Below, one piece after another: positions 53,185-62,790 of a stretch of DNA of 64,000 bases; the first letter of the stretch is position 1, and every line of letters starts with the position of its first letter. The position numbers and the translations under genes were made by a program. The notes under the pieces were generated by a model. It had not been told where the DNA came from. It saw only the letters and a program-made list of their open reading frames with translations, and made no database searches. This stretch comes from an uncultured Desulfobacterales bacterium (GTDB lineage Bacteria; Desulfobacterota; Dissulfuribacteria; Dissulfuribacterales; QOAL01). The DNA lies in contig CAZNKD010000008.1 in the NCBI GenBank assembly GCA_964573615.1, positions 12,026 through 76,025 on the forward strand, written 5' to 3'.

Positions 53185-54819
53185 ATGCACAGGAGCGGCC
53201 CTGAAAGAGGGCCTGAGCCTTTGGCCCTTGCCCTCTTCTTTTTGGCGGTGATATCCGTAAGGTTTCTGTTCCTGTGGCTGAGCCCCTATGAGCTCTCACC
53301 TGACGAGGCCTATTACTGGGACTGGTCCAGACGCCTGGACTGGGGCTATTACAGCAAGCCACCCATGGTGGCCTGGCTGATCGCGGCATCCACCTGGCTG
53401 CTGGGCCAGAGTGAGTTCGGGGTGCGTTTTCCAGCCATGGTCCTGTCGGACCTCACCCTTGTCCTGCTATATCTTTCCGGATCCATGCTGTGCGGCAAAA
53501 GGTGCGGATTTCTGGCCGCTCTCACACTCTTCGCCTCCATTGGGGGAGCCCTTTCCGCATATATCATGACCATCGATGCCCCGCTGCTATTTTTCTGGGC
53601 TTTGAGTCTCTGGTGCCTTATGCGGGCCCTTTCAGGCCATGGACTATGGTCTGGCCAGGGATGCGGACAGGGCGGCTCGAGATGGTGGTGGATTGCAGCA
53701 GGATGCGCCACCGGACTCGGGCTTCTCAGCAAGCAGACCATGATCGCCCTCCCCGTTGCACTCCTCCTCTATCTCCTTTTGGATTCGGAAGGGCGCAGGC
53801 TTATCAAGGGGCCCTGGCCCTGGCTCTATCTCGCCCTGGCCCTTCTTTTCCTGCTGCCGGTGTTTCTCTGGAACATGGAGCATGAATGGATAACCCTGGC
53901 CCACACTGCCCACCATTTCGAGCCGGGCAGGGCAGGCCTCGGACGCCTGAAGTCCTTTGGGGATTTCCTGGCAGGACAGCTCGGGGTCACCAACCCGGTA
54001 GTCTTTCCCCTGCTGGTCATTGCCTCAGCCCTGCTCCTGCCCATATGCGCAAGGAGGATGGCCGGGGACGGCGGCGCCAAGGGAGATGTTGGTGGCCAAA
54101 ACGGCCTGAACGGCCGGAATGGGTGGATGTGCCTCCTGGCAGCCTGTGGCCCGGCCCTGATAGCTGCAGTTTGCCTCCTTGCATTCCGGCAGAGGATAAA
54201 CGCGAACTGGCCCGCCCCGTTCTATCTGTCGTCACTGTTGCTGCTTGCCTGTATATACAGCTGCCCTGTGGCAAAGGCAGGAGACATGCTGCTCTCCTTC
54301 AGACGCAGGACCTTTCCTGCCTACAGGGCAGGTATCGGGATCGGTCTTTTCATGGTGGCCCTCGTCTATCTCATGCCCCTATGGCTTCCCCTAAGCCCCA
54401 TTGAGGGTACCAAGATGGATCCTACCCTGAGGCTCAGGGGTTGGAAGGAGCTTGCCCAGAAAGTGGACTCCGTGTTGAGAGGCCTTCCCAATCCCGAAAG
54501 GACCTTCATAGTGGCACGAAGGCGCCAGACTGTAAGTGAGCTCGCCTTCTATATGCCTGGAAGGCCTCATGTGTACCGGAGTCCCGGCAGGGCTGGCAGG
54601 ATTTCAAGCCAGTACGAGCTATGGCCCGGCCCCGAACAGGGCAGAAGCCACTGGGATGCCCTCATAGTCGTATCAAAGGCGAAGGCTCTGCCCCAGGGCC
54701 TTGTGCGATCGTTCAAGAGGATCGAGCCCCTGGGGGAGATCACCATCGATCTTGGCGGTCTTTCAAGGAGCTATCGTCTCTGGTATGGGGCCGAGCTAAT
54801 CAAATGGCAGGGGGGATGA
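53185..54819 (+). CDS. ArnT/PMT-like GT-C glycosyltransferase
   Basis: PDEAYYWDWSRRLDWGYYSKPPM, VRFP, DAPL, GLGLLSK; start set at ATG 53185. Confidence 0.85.
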   Translation: MHRSGPERGPEPLALALFFLAVISVRFLFLWLSPYELSPDEAYYWDWSRRLDWGYYSKPPMVAWLIAASTWLLGQSEFGVRFPAMVLSDLTLVLLYLSGSMLCGKRCGFLAALTLFASIGGALSAYIMTIDAPLLFFWALSLWCLMRALSGHGLWSGQGCGQGGSRWWWIAAGCATGLGLLSKQTMIALPVALLLYLLLDSEGRRLIKGPWPWLYLALALLFLLPVFLWNMEHEWITLAHTAHHFEPGRAGLGRLKSFGDFLAGQLGVTNPVVFPLLVIASALLLPICARRMAGDGGAKGDVGGQNGLNGRNGWMCLLAACGPALIAAVCLLAFRQRINANWPAPFYLSSLLLLACIYSCPVAKAGDMLLSFRRRTFPAYRAGIGIGLFMVALVYLMPLWLPLSPIEGTKMDPTLRLRGWKELAQKVDSVLRGLPNPERTFIVARRRQTVSELAFYMPGRPHVYRSPGRAGRISSQYELWPGPEQGRSHWDALIVVSKAKALPQGLVRSFKRIEPLGEITIDLGGLSRSYRLWYGAELIKWQGG

Positions 54820-55427
54820 GCCTTTTGGAGATCTTTCACTGGATATGCTCCAAGGACAGGGCCCTTTTCATCGCGCTAAACGGGGCCAGAGATCCGTTTC
54901 TGGACCGGCTCATGCTCTTTTTCTCCTATCCTCCCGCCTGGTTCTGGCTCATCCTGGCGGCAGTTGCAGCCTGGAGGCTCTACAAGGGCAGCAAAAGGGA
55001 GCGGTTCGTCATCTGCTGCGCCATACTTGTGTTGCTCGTGAGCGATCTCTTGTGCAACAGGGTCTTGAAGCCCCTGTTCATGCGGCCCCGCCCCTTTGAC
55101 GATCTGGTGGGGATTTGGGTCTACAAGGGGGGCAGATTCATGCTCACCACACCGGAGTTCGTGCAGAGGGTACGAGATACCATGTCGCTGCCATCTGCCC
55201 ATGCCATGAACAACTGGTCTGTTGCCATCTTCATGTTCTGCCAGAACAGACGGATAGGTTTGGCCTTCATGGCCGTTGCCCTCATTGTATCCTACTCGAG
55301 GATCTATCTGGGTGTGCACTATCCTTTGGATGTGGCTGCTGGGGCCTTGCTGGGGGCGCTGCTCGGTGCCCTTGCAGCAAGGCTTTCGGATGAGGCCTGG
55401 AAAAGGCTTGGGTCACGAAGCGGATAG
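54816..55427 (+). CDS. PAP2-family phosphatase
   Basis: K..F.RPRP, LPSAH, SRIYLGVHYPLD; start set at ATG 54816. Confidence 0.9.
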   Translation: MSLLEIFHWICSKDRALFIALNGARDPFLDRLMLFFSYPPAWFWLILAAVAAWRLYKGSKRERFVICCAILVLLVSDLLCNRVLKPLFMRPRPFDDLVGIWVYKGGRFMLTTPEFVQRVRDTMSLPSAHAMNNWSVAIFMFCQNRRIGLAFMAVALIVSYSRIYLGVHYPLDVAAGALLGALLGALAARLSDEAWKRLGSRSG

Positions 55428-56255
55428 GATGAGCCTGACCGGCTCATCTTTGGCGAGTTCGAGCCGCTTTTTTGCACTATCTCCATTGATGCATATCTCT
55501 ATGTCCCCGAAGCTGTTCACTATGGCAAGAGGGGAGCCCTTCGGCACATCGCTGAAGGTGCGGACTATTGGCAGCACCATGCCCCTTGCCACTGCCCGGA
55601 CCCTGGAGGGGAAATCCTCTCCGAAACAGGTGGATGCAAGGGATGCCGGGATGTCGGTAGCCCCGTTTCCAAACCTGTCGAACCATACGATACTGCCATG
55701 TATCCCGTCCCTGGAACAGTTGACAGGTGCCCTTTCCAGCATGGTGATCCCTTCTGTTTCAGGGCCGAGCTCTTTCAGGTCGGTCCCCTTTGCAAGATGC
55801 GCGGCTGCTGGTGCAAATATGTCCCTTCCGTGAAAGGTTGCGCTCATCTTTCCGCTTCGAATAAATCTTTCATCGGTTATCTGCCTGATTTCCAGGAATT
55901 CCTCCCTCAGAAATGAGATGAGGCCGTTGTCCGGGGCAATGAACAGGGCATCTTGGGCCCTGGCTGCAAGGGCCGCCCTTGGGCCTCCCACACCCGGATC
56001 CACCACAGACAGAAATATGGTGCCATCCGGAAAATCCCGCCATGTGCGGGATAGGATATAGGCAGCAGCCTCTATATCATGGGGCGGGATCTCATGGGTG
56101 AGATCGATCACCTTGGCCTCCGGGCAGATGGAGTGGATCACCCCCTTGACTATACCTACATAGGGGTCATGGAGTCCGAAATCGGAGAGAAATACGATTA
56201 ATGGATGATCAGAAATAGGATACGGGTTCAACGGGCACCACCCCGTCATCTTCAT
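55413..56255 (-). CDS. SAM hydroxide adenosyltransferase / chlorinase-fluorinase family (DUF62)
   Basis: LSDFG..DPYVG, DLTHEI, VVDPGVG, PDNG, TFHGRDIFAP, DRFGN; start uncertain. Confidence 0.9.
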   Translation of the reverse strand: MKMTGWCPLNPYPISDHPLIVFLSDFGLHDPYVGIVKGVIHSICPEAKVIDLTHEIPPHDIEAAAYILSRTWRDFPDGTIFLSVVDPGVGGPRAALAARAQDALFIAPDNGLISFLREEFLEIRQITDERFIRSGKMSATFHGRDIFAPAAAHLAKGTDLKELGPETEGITMLERAPVNCSRDGIHGSIVWFDRFGNGATDIPASLASTCFGEDFPSRVRAVARGMVLPIVRTFSDVPKGSPLAIVNSFGDIEICINGDSAKKRLELAKDEPVRLILSAS

Positions 56256-57084
56256 ACTGGTCTATGAGCTCCCTCCACCAGGTGGGAAGGGCGAAGGCCG
56301 CACGGTGACACTCCCTGTTGTAGTATCTGCCTGAAAAGTCCGATCGCGGCTCTGAAATGCTTGCCCCATCCTTGGTGGCTGCCACAAAGGCTATTTCGCC
56401 TCCATAGGTGGGCATGGGGGCCTGATAGACCTCCACATGGGGCAGTACGTCCTGGAACCTTGCCATCACAAAGGGCATCACCTTGGGCATGGTATTGGGA
56501 AGGCCCGACTGTCTGATAATTGTGCCCGTGTCTGTCAGGATGGCGGCAAGGTCTTCATGAAAGGGTGGCTCGAACAGCACGATTGCAGGCCCTATGGGAT
56601 CGGTGGAGTCCAGGATGATGAGATCGAATCTCTCCCCATCTTCACGGGCCCTCTTCACATAGTCGGCACCATCGCCGATGATCAGCTCGACACGGTCATC
56701 CTTCCAGTCGCCGCAGATCTCCGGCAGGTATTTCCGGCATGCTGCGAGTACGGCCTCGTCCAGTTCCACCTGGACGATCCTCTTGATCTGCTGGTGCTTC
56801 TGCAGCTCCCGCAGGATGCCTCCGTCTGCACCTCCGATTATGAGGGCGGACTCCACCGATGTGGTACGCGCCATGACGGGCACGTGTACCATCATCTCAT
56901 GGTAGATGAATTCGTCGTTGAATGTGACCTGAACTATACCGTCAAGGATGAGACCACGGCCCCACTGCTCGTTGTCGAAGACCACCAGTTTTTGAAAGGG
57001 GGTGCGCTCCTCATAAAGGAGCTCGATCTCGTATCCATGAGTGAAGCCTGGTCCGATCCTCTCGGACCACCAGAAGCGAGTCAA
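56209..57084 (-). CDS. speE: Polyamine aminopropyltransferase (spermidine synthase family)
   Basis: LILDGIVQ, DEFIYHEMMVH, IGGADGGILRE, VELD, DSTDPIGP. Confidence 0.92.
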   Translation of the reverse strand: MTRFWWSERIGPGFTHGYEIELLYEERTPFQKLVVFDNEQWGRGLILDGIVQVTFNDEFIYHEMMVHVPVMARTTSVESALIIGGADGGILRELQKHQQIKRIVQVELDEAVLAACRKYLPEICGDWKDDRVELIIGDGADYVKRAREDGERFDLIILDSTDPIGPAIVLFEPPFHEDLAAILTDTGTIIRQSGLPNTMPKVMPFVMARFQDVLPHVEVYQAPMPTYGGEIAFVAATKDGASISEPRSDFSGRYYNRECHRAAFALPTWWRELIDQYEDDGVVPVEPVSYF

Positions 57085-57536
57085 GTGTCCTCCATCTGAA
57101 GCAGTTTGCCCCGGGTGAGCTCGATCACATTGCAGAGCCCGGGTTTGAGCCGTTCCTTCATGCGCTCAAGGACCTGATAGGCGGCAGAGTGGTCCTTGGC
57201 GAATATGTCTATGGCCGCAAAGGCCTTCTCAGGCCATGTATGTATGAGGATATGGGCCCGGTCGCTGGATGCGGTGCCGGATACCCCGTATGGATTGAAC
57301 TGGTATACATGGACGTCAGGCCTGGTCTCTCGGCCAAGGCCGTCCATCAATGTCCCAGCCCTGTCCAGGATCTTGCCTATGTGGTTGGCATCGGCCAGAG
57401 ATGCAAATGGAGACTTCCACATCTCCACCAGGAGGTGAGTGCTCAAGCCGGAGCGCAGGGCCCGGTTCATCACCTGGGAAGTGGATGCCTGTCTCTCCTG
57501 CTGCTCTGCCCTGAGAGCCGGAGTCGCTGTTGCCAT
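57081..57536 (-). CDS. SAM decarboxylase (SpeD/SpeH)-like protein lacking catalytic residues
   Basis: HLLVEMW, F.P.GVSG, H..IHTWPE, AAIDIF match the fold; ESH is RAH and the DxxTCG Cys is absent. Confidence 0.8.
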   Translation of the reverse strand: MATATPALRAEQQERQASTSQVMNRALRSGLSTHLLVEMWKSPFASLADANHIGKILDRAGTLMDGLGRETRPDVHVYQFNPYGVSGTASSDRAHILIHTWPEKAFAAIDIFAKDHSAAYQVLERMKERLKPGLCNVIELTRGKLLQMEDT

Positions 57537-57667
57537 AAGCAGCCCTCCTGTCCATGCCGGGTACGCACCTGTCTCCGGCGGAATTTTCCCTTGAAAAATA
57601 AGTGCCTCGGTATCGAAACAGCGCAGAATGGAAACATTTTATTGATCAAATGTCAATAACACAAGAC

Positions 57668-57703
57668 AAAAAAAGAGGGCCCTCCTGATTGGAAGGCCCC
57701 CTT
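57668..57703 (-). terminator. Intrinsic terminator after flgE
   Basis: GC-rich stem 57675-57700 with a G.U pair on the minus strand, then U7. Confidence 0.7.
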
Positions 57704-57745
57704 TCCATCCATGCCTGATCTCCTTAATGGCTGCTGAGTGGCCCC

Positions 57746-59260
57746 TTATCTCTTCATGTTCATGAGTTCCTGGAGCATGTCGTCGGTGGTGGTGATCACC
57801 CGGGAGTTTGCCTGAAAGGCCCTCTGGGTGGTGATGAGTTTCACGAACTCGGTTCCCATGTCCACTGTCGATTGCTCTAGGGCATTGGCGGCGATGGTGC
57901 CGAGTCCATTGGTCCTCGGAGGGCCGGTGACAGGCGCTCCGGAGGCCGTGGTCTCTCTCCAGAGACTGCCTCCCTCCTTGGCAAGGTCTGTGGGGCTGTT
58001 GAATCTTGCCAGGGCGATCTGGGCAAGCTGGATTATGCGGCCGTTGGAATAGGAGCCGGATATGATCCCTTCGGAATCCACATTTAGGGATTCGAGAAAG
58101 CCTGCTCCAAAGCCGTTTTGGTCGTAGAAGATGGTGCTTGATCTGTTGGCAAACTGAGTGGTGCTGATGGCCTCGGTGGTGCATCTGTAGGCGTCGTTTG
58201 TGCCGTCATTATCCGTGTCTATCTCTGCGAGTTTGGCACCGAAATTCATCTCAACCAGTTGGGCTGAAGAGTCGTTTGATGTACCTGCGATGCCGTCTCC
58301 GCTAGGCGGCAGGAAGTAGGCCACCATCTCTGGATAGCCATGTTCCCCAATCTCGGGACGGACTGGCGTGTCAAGTGTCTCCCCTGTGACAGGATCCTTG
58401 TAGATGAGCAGGTGGTCAAAGGTGATGCCGTCGGTATTGGCTATCTGGCCTTCTGGGGTGAAGGTGAGCCTTCCGCTCATCATAAGCCCCGGGTCTGCGG
58501 CATCCCCTGCACTCGTTATGGCCTTGTCCTCCTCCGGATTGCAGGTGACAATGAATTCCCACTGTCTGGTATCGGGATCCACCATGTCAAAATAGACGGT
58601 CAGGGCATGGGTGTTTCCAAGGCTGTCATAAACATTGAATGTCGTCTTGTATTCATAGTGGACATTTGCAGTAATGTCGCCATCTTGGTCGTTCCAGTCA
58701 TCCACCAGCGTGTTGGGGGAGACCGGGCCGGTGGTACGGCTGTCGAGATTGACCGCTACTGTGGCCTGAGAGGTGGCCACAGGCGGAGACGTATTGATTA
58801 TCTGTATATCCGTAATGGAGCCGATGATTTCTGCAGTGCCATCTGCCTGCTCCTCCATCTCCCAGCCTTGGACCCTCAACCCTGCCGGATTGACTAGATA
58901 TCCGGTTTTGTCCACATGAAACTGCCCTGCCCTTGTATAGTAGACACTGTTTTCCACCTTCGGGTTCGAGACCATGAAGAAGCCGTTTCCTGCAATGGCC
59001 AGGTCAGTTGGAGATGTGGTGCTCTCGAAAGAGCCTTGGGTGAAGAGCGGGGCTACATCACTCATGGCCGAGCCGCGACCAACCTGTGAGCCTCCTCTGG
59101 CCGTATTGATGCTCTGGGCCATGATGTCTTGGAATGTGGCCCTGGCTCCTTTGAAACCGGTGGTGTTCACATTGGAGATGTTGTCGCCAATGACCTGCAT
59201 GGCGTTGCCCATGTTTATGAGTCCGCTGACCCCTGAGTAGAGAGAACTGGTGAGTGCCAT
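57746..59260 (-). CDS. flgE: Flagellar hook protein
   Basis: IGDNISNVNTTGFK, DLAIAGNGFF, YTRAGQF, LEQSTVD, QRAFQANSRVITT. Confidence 0.95.
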   Translation of the reverse strand: MALTSSLYSGVSGLINMGNAMQVIGDNISNVNTTGFKGARATFQDIMAQSINTARGGSQVGRGSAMSDVAPLFTQGSFESTTSPTDLAIAGNGFFMVSNPKVENSVYYTRAGQFHVDKTGYLVNPAGLRVQGWEMEEQADGTAEIIGSITDIQIINTSPPVATSQATVAVNLDSRTTGPVSPNTLVDDWNDQDGDITANVHYEYKTTFNVYDSLGNTHALTVYFDMVDPDTRQWEFIVTCNPEEDKAITSAGDAADPGLMMSGRLTFTPEGQIANTDGITFDHLLIYKDPVTGETLDTPVRPEIGEHGYPEMVAYFLPPSGDGIAGTSNDSSAQLVEMNFGAKLAEIDTDNDGTNDAYRCTTEAISTTQFANRSSTIFYDQNGFGAGFLESLNVDSEGIISGSYSNGRIIQLAQIALARFNSPTDLAKEGGSLWRETTASGAPVTGPPRTNGLGTIAANALEQSTVDMGTEFVKLITTQRAFQANSRVITTTDDMLQELMNMKR

Positions 59261-59289
59261 ATCTTCCTCCTGAATATAGTCAAATCTCC

Positions 59290-59982
59290 TTAACTTATTG
59301 TCCAGATATCTTCCCAGCTCACCATGGAGCCGCTTTCGAGCTGGAGAAGTGGGGTGCTGTGTTCATCGAATTCGATCTTGGTAACGCGACTGGGCGTCCA
59401 GAGTGTGGCCTCAAGCTCATCGCCCTGTTCGTCTGCTGCCAATACCGTCAGGCGGTAATCACCCGGAGGGACCGGATTGCCATTCATGTCCGTGCCATCC
59501 CAGCCTATGGCGCTTCTGCCCTCGGACATGGGGCCGATATCGACTACATTGACCAAGGCCCCTGAGGCATCCCTGATCTCCAATGAGACGGATGCAGCGG
59601 GTGAATCGAGTTCGATATAGAGATTTTGGCCCTCTCCTGCCCCATTCAGCGTTACCGTGCTCCCCTTGTAATAGACCGAGTGGCCCAGAAGGGAGACTGC
59701 TGAAAGGCCCATGGTGTTCTCATAGGTCTTTGCCAGACGTTCCATGGCCTCATTGTTCTTGTAGAGAAGGTCGAGTGCATTGAACTGTGCCATCTGGGAG
59801 GCCATCTCGGCGCTCTCCATGGGATTCATCGGGTCCTGATATTGGAGCTGGGTGACAAAGAGCATCATGAAGTCATCCTTGGACAGAGAGCCCTTCTCCT
59901 TGGCTGTCTTGTATTCCACTTCATGGGGGTCCTTGTCTGGTTTGTAAACCGGACTGTCGGTTATGATGCCTGAAGCATTCAT
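59290..59982 (-). CDS. flgD: Flagellar hook capping protein
   Basis: LSKDDFMMLFVTQLQYQDPMNP. Confidence 0.94.
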   Translation of the reverse strand: MNASGIITDSPVYKPDKDPHEVEYKTAKEKGSLSKDDFMMLFVTQLQYQDPMNPMESAEMASQMAQFNALDLLYKNNEAMERLAKTYENTMGLSAVSLLGHSVYYKGSTVTLNGAGEGQNLYIELDSPAASVSLEIRDASGALVNVVDIGPMSEGRSAIGWDGTDMNGNPVPPGDYRLTVLAADEQGDELEATLWTPSRVTKIEFDEHSTPLLQLESGSMVSWEDIWTIS

Positions 59983-60011
59983 GGTTTATCTCCCTGATCT
60001 TTGATCATTGT

Positions 60012-61844
60012 TCATGCCACCACATGGAGCATGCCGTGGTGGTTGCCGCCTTTTGCTGTCAAGGAAGCCTCAGGTGTGCGTATATCCTGGTCACGGCCTG
60101 CTGCCTCATTGACATGCCTGTTGCTACCGCTGAGATCCTGAAAGAAGGATGACGAATCTGCAGAGTCCTGCCTGCCACCAAGCCCGACATTCAGGTCTCC
60201 AAGAGAAAAACCGTTTTGATGGAGCTGGTCCCTGAGCTGGGCCATGCTGGCCTCTATGATCTGTCTCGTCTCCGGATGCTCGGCGATAAAGGTTGCGTTC
60301 ACATGGTTGCCTCCGGTAACCGAAAGACTCACCCTGACCCTTCCAAGTTCAGGCGGATTGAGATGCAGGACCGCCCTGTTCCGGTTGAACCTTATGGCCT
60401 CGGAAATGCCCTGGCTGAGCTGGTGTGAAATGGATATCTTGACCCCTGCTGCCTGTAAGTCGTTCTGGGCTCCAGGGCCGGTGCCCCCAATCCCGTTAGG
60501 TCCCTGATTGCTGCTTGCTGTATGAAGGGGGGGCGTGCCATCAGGTTGCAACTGTGGATTCTGGCTGCGGGCCATGCCCTCTCTATGGTTATCCATCCTC
60601 TGTATGGACCCGGTAAGATCGAGGTGTTTGTCCGTAGGCCTGTCCAGCCCAGGGGGATTGCTGCCCCTTGCTGTCTTGCCCATACTTGTATCAAGCACCT
60701 CTTTTTTGAAACTATATTTGTCCTCGTTTTTGTCTGATGCCTGGGTCCTTTTGCTGCCAAGGATGTCGGCAGCTCGATCGGCAGGGGCACTCTCTATGGT
60801 CTCGTCCTCTGTCTTTGAGAGGAAAGCCATGTCATTGCCCGTCCTTTTATCTGTAAAATTTTTTATAGACTCTGTATCGCTTGAAGATATACCCTGAAAA
60901 GGAGCTCCCTTTTGGCCTTCCTCCGGCTTCCAAGATTTGTGAGGGCCATCTTGCCCTGTACTCTCTTTGCCCGCCTTGCCAGGAAGATTTAGGCTGGCCC
61001 CGGTTGCTGGCCCATTGTTGCCTCCATCTCCTGCTAGCCCGATCTTGTCTGCTGATGGTGCTGTTTCCGCCTTGCCGGCTTTCTGGCTGGCTAGATCCTC
61101 GAGCCCGCTCAATCGATTATTGCTTAAATCCTCTGCTGCCTTAAAAAGTGTGCGGATGAGCCCTTTTTCCTCCCTGTCAGAAAGACCCTGGCCCGTATCC
61201 AGGGCTGTTGCCAGCTCATCCAGCAAGGACTCCATCGCACCTTTGAAAGGGGCCATCTCTTCCTGAGCGATATCACTGCCTGGAGACAGGCCGGTCGATC
61301 CGTCGGGGCCGAGCAGATCGACAGCCCGTTCAATCAGTGCGATCAGAGGGTTTTGGGCAGAGGTGTCATCAAACCCTTCAATGGCTTCAAGGCCTTCAAG
61401 GGCCTTTTGCAGGTCGGGGGGCAGTGTGCCAAAGGCCCACTCTTTTCCCTCTGCTGCGGCCTGAAGCTGGCTTGCCAGGGTGGCAAGGAGGGCTGCAAGG
61501 TCTTGGGGAGAGAGCTCTTTGTCATCGATGGCCTTTTTTACGGCGATCTTTTTTGCGGCCTCCTCGCTCTGGCCGGCCTGTGCAGTCACTGCCTTCTGTC
61601 CTGATGTCCTCTTGGCCTGTTCCAGGGCCTTGGGGAAGGATGAAGAGTTCCGTGTCCTTGGGGCCTGCTCCTCAGATGATGGACAGGACGCACTGCCTCT
61701 GTCTGATTGCCCCATACGGCCTGTCGCCATGTCTGGCCGATGGACTTCAGGCCTTGATCCTCCACCCTGTGGGCCCGGAGAGGTGAGCATCAGGTCGTTT
61801 GTCAACGGCATGTTTTTAAATGACGTGTCCAATGGCATGTTCAT
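60012..61844 (-). CDS. fliK: Flagellar hook-length control protein
   Basis: Low-complexity N-terminus, C-terminal LHLNPPELGRVRV...L...L..NG domain; start set at ATG 61844 (GGGAG RBS, downstream of the sigma54 site). Confidence 0.85.
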   Translation of the reverse strand: MNMPLDTSFKNMPLTNDLMLTSPGPQGGGSRPEVHRPDMATGRMGQSDRGSASCPSSEEQAPRTRNSSSFPKALEQAKRTSGQKAVTAQAGQSEEAAKKIAVKKAIDDKELSPQDLAALLATLASQLQAAAEGKEWAFGTLPPDLQKALEGLEAIEGFDDTSAQNPLIALIERAVDLLGPDGSTGLSPGSDIAQEEMAPFKGAMESLLDELATALDTGQGLSDREEKGLIRTLFKAAEDLSNNRLSGLEDLASQKAGKAETAPSADKIGLAGDGGNNGPATGASLNLPGKAGKESTGQDGPHKSWKPEEGQKGAPFQGISSSDTESIKNFTDKRTGNDMAFLSKTEDETIESAPADRAADILGSKRTQASDKNEDKYSFKKEVLDTSMGKTARGSNPPGLDRPTDKHLDLTGSIQRMDNHREGMARSQNPQLQPDGTPPLHTASSNQGPNGIGGTGPGAQNDLQAAGVKISISHQLSQGISEAIRFNRNRAVLHLNPPELGRVRVSLSVTGGNHVNATFIAEHPETRQIIEASMAQLRDQLHQNGFSLGDLNVGLGGRQDSADSSSFFQDLSGSNRHVNEAAGRDQDIRTPEASLTAKGGNHHGMLHVVA

Positions 61845-61899
61845 CACGAGTGTCGCTCCCGCTTTGCTGGTTGAGACCTTTGGTTCATGCCGGATATAC

Positions 61900-61915
61900 A
61901 GCAAAGGGTGTGCCG
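61900..61915 (-). promoter_or_regulatory. Sigma54 (-24/-12) promoter of fliK-flgD-flgE
   Basis: Minus strand CGGCAC-ACCCT-TTGCT, exact GG-N10-GC spacing. Confidence 0.75.
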
Positions 61916-62136
61916 CACATGGAATCCATGCGTAAGAGGGCGGAATGGGCAAGTTTCTTCTTAAAAACCCCGGGGGGATACATTAGAATGGTCGTGCAAT
62001 AGCCTGCACCATAGGAATGGTTTTCCCATGTGGTGGGCAACAAGTTCCACACATGGTGTGGAGGCAGGGTCATCTTTTAGGGCTTTTTAAAGGGTGCCCA
62101 ATCTGACAGATGGAATGATCGAGTGAGGACTGGTCC

Positions 62137-62790
62137 ATGGAAGAGCGACAGATTAAGGTTGAGCCGGGTGAGAGGGGCGGCACCATGTCCGAGCCCGGCC
62201 ATGGACTTGAAAGGGCTGCTTCTGCGTTGATCTCTGGGTTGCAGGAAACGGTCTCTTCTCAAGGAGATCTCATAGGGGCGGCCGCTTCCCTCATAGAGGC
62301 CAGGCTAAGGGCTGGAGGAAAGCTCTTGATCTGCGGAAATGGCGGGAGCGCCGCTGACAGCCAGCACATAGCGGCAGAGTTTGTAAACCGCTTCCGAATG
62401 GACAGGCGGCCCTTGGCGGCCGTGGCCCTCAGTACCGATACATCCATCCTCACCGCTTGCGGCAACGATTACGGGTTCGATCTGGTATTTGAAAAACAGG
62501 TGCAGGCCCTCGGAAGGAGCGGGGATGTCCTCTGGGCCATATCCACGAGCGGCAACTCCCCAAACGTGATCAGGGCCCTGGATGCCGCCCGTGCCATGGG
62601 TATTGCGACCATTGGCTTTTCTGGAAGCTCTGGCGGCAGGATGAAAGGGCGCTGTGATCTCCTGATCCGGGCGGCTGCAAGCGATACCCCGCGAATTCAG
62701 GAGATACAGATCTTTCTGGCCCACATGGTTTGCGAGTTGGTGGAGGCGGCCCTGTGCAGGAAGCGCGGCCCACAAGACAGACATGAGTGA
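62137..62790 (+). CDS. gmhA: Phosphoheptose (sedoheptulose-7-phosphate) isomerase
   Basis: [31 protein letters not shown]. Confidence 0.94.
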   Translation: MEERQIKVEPGERGGTMSEPGHGLERAASALISGLQETVSSQGDLIGAAASLIEARLRAGGKLLICGNGGSAADSQHIAAEFVNRFRMDRRPLAAVALSTDTSILTACGNDYGFDLVFEKQVQALGRSGDVLWAISTSGNSPNVIRALDAARAMGIATIGFSGSSGGRMKGRCDLLIRAAASDTPRIQEIQIFLAHMVCELVEAALCRKRGPQDRHE

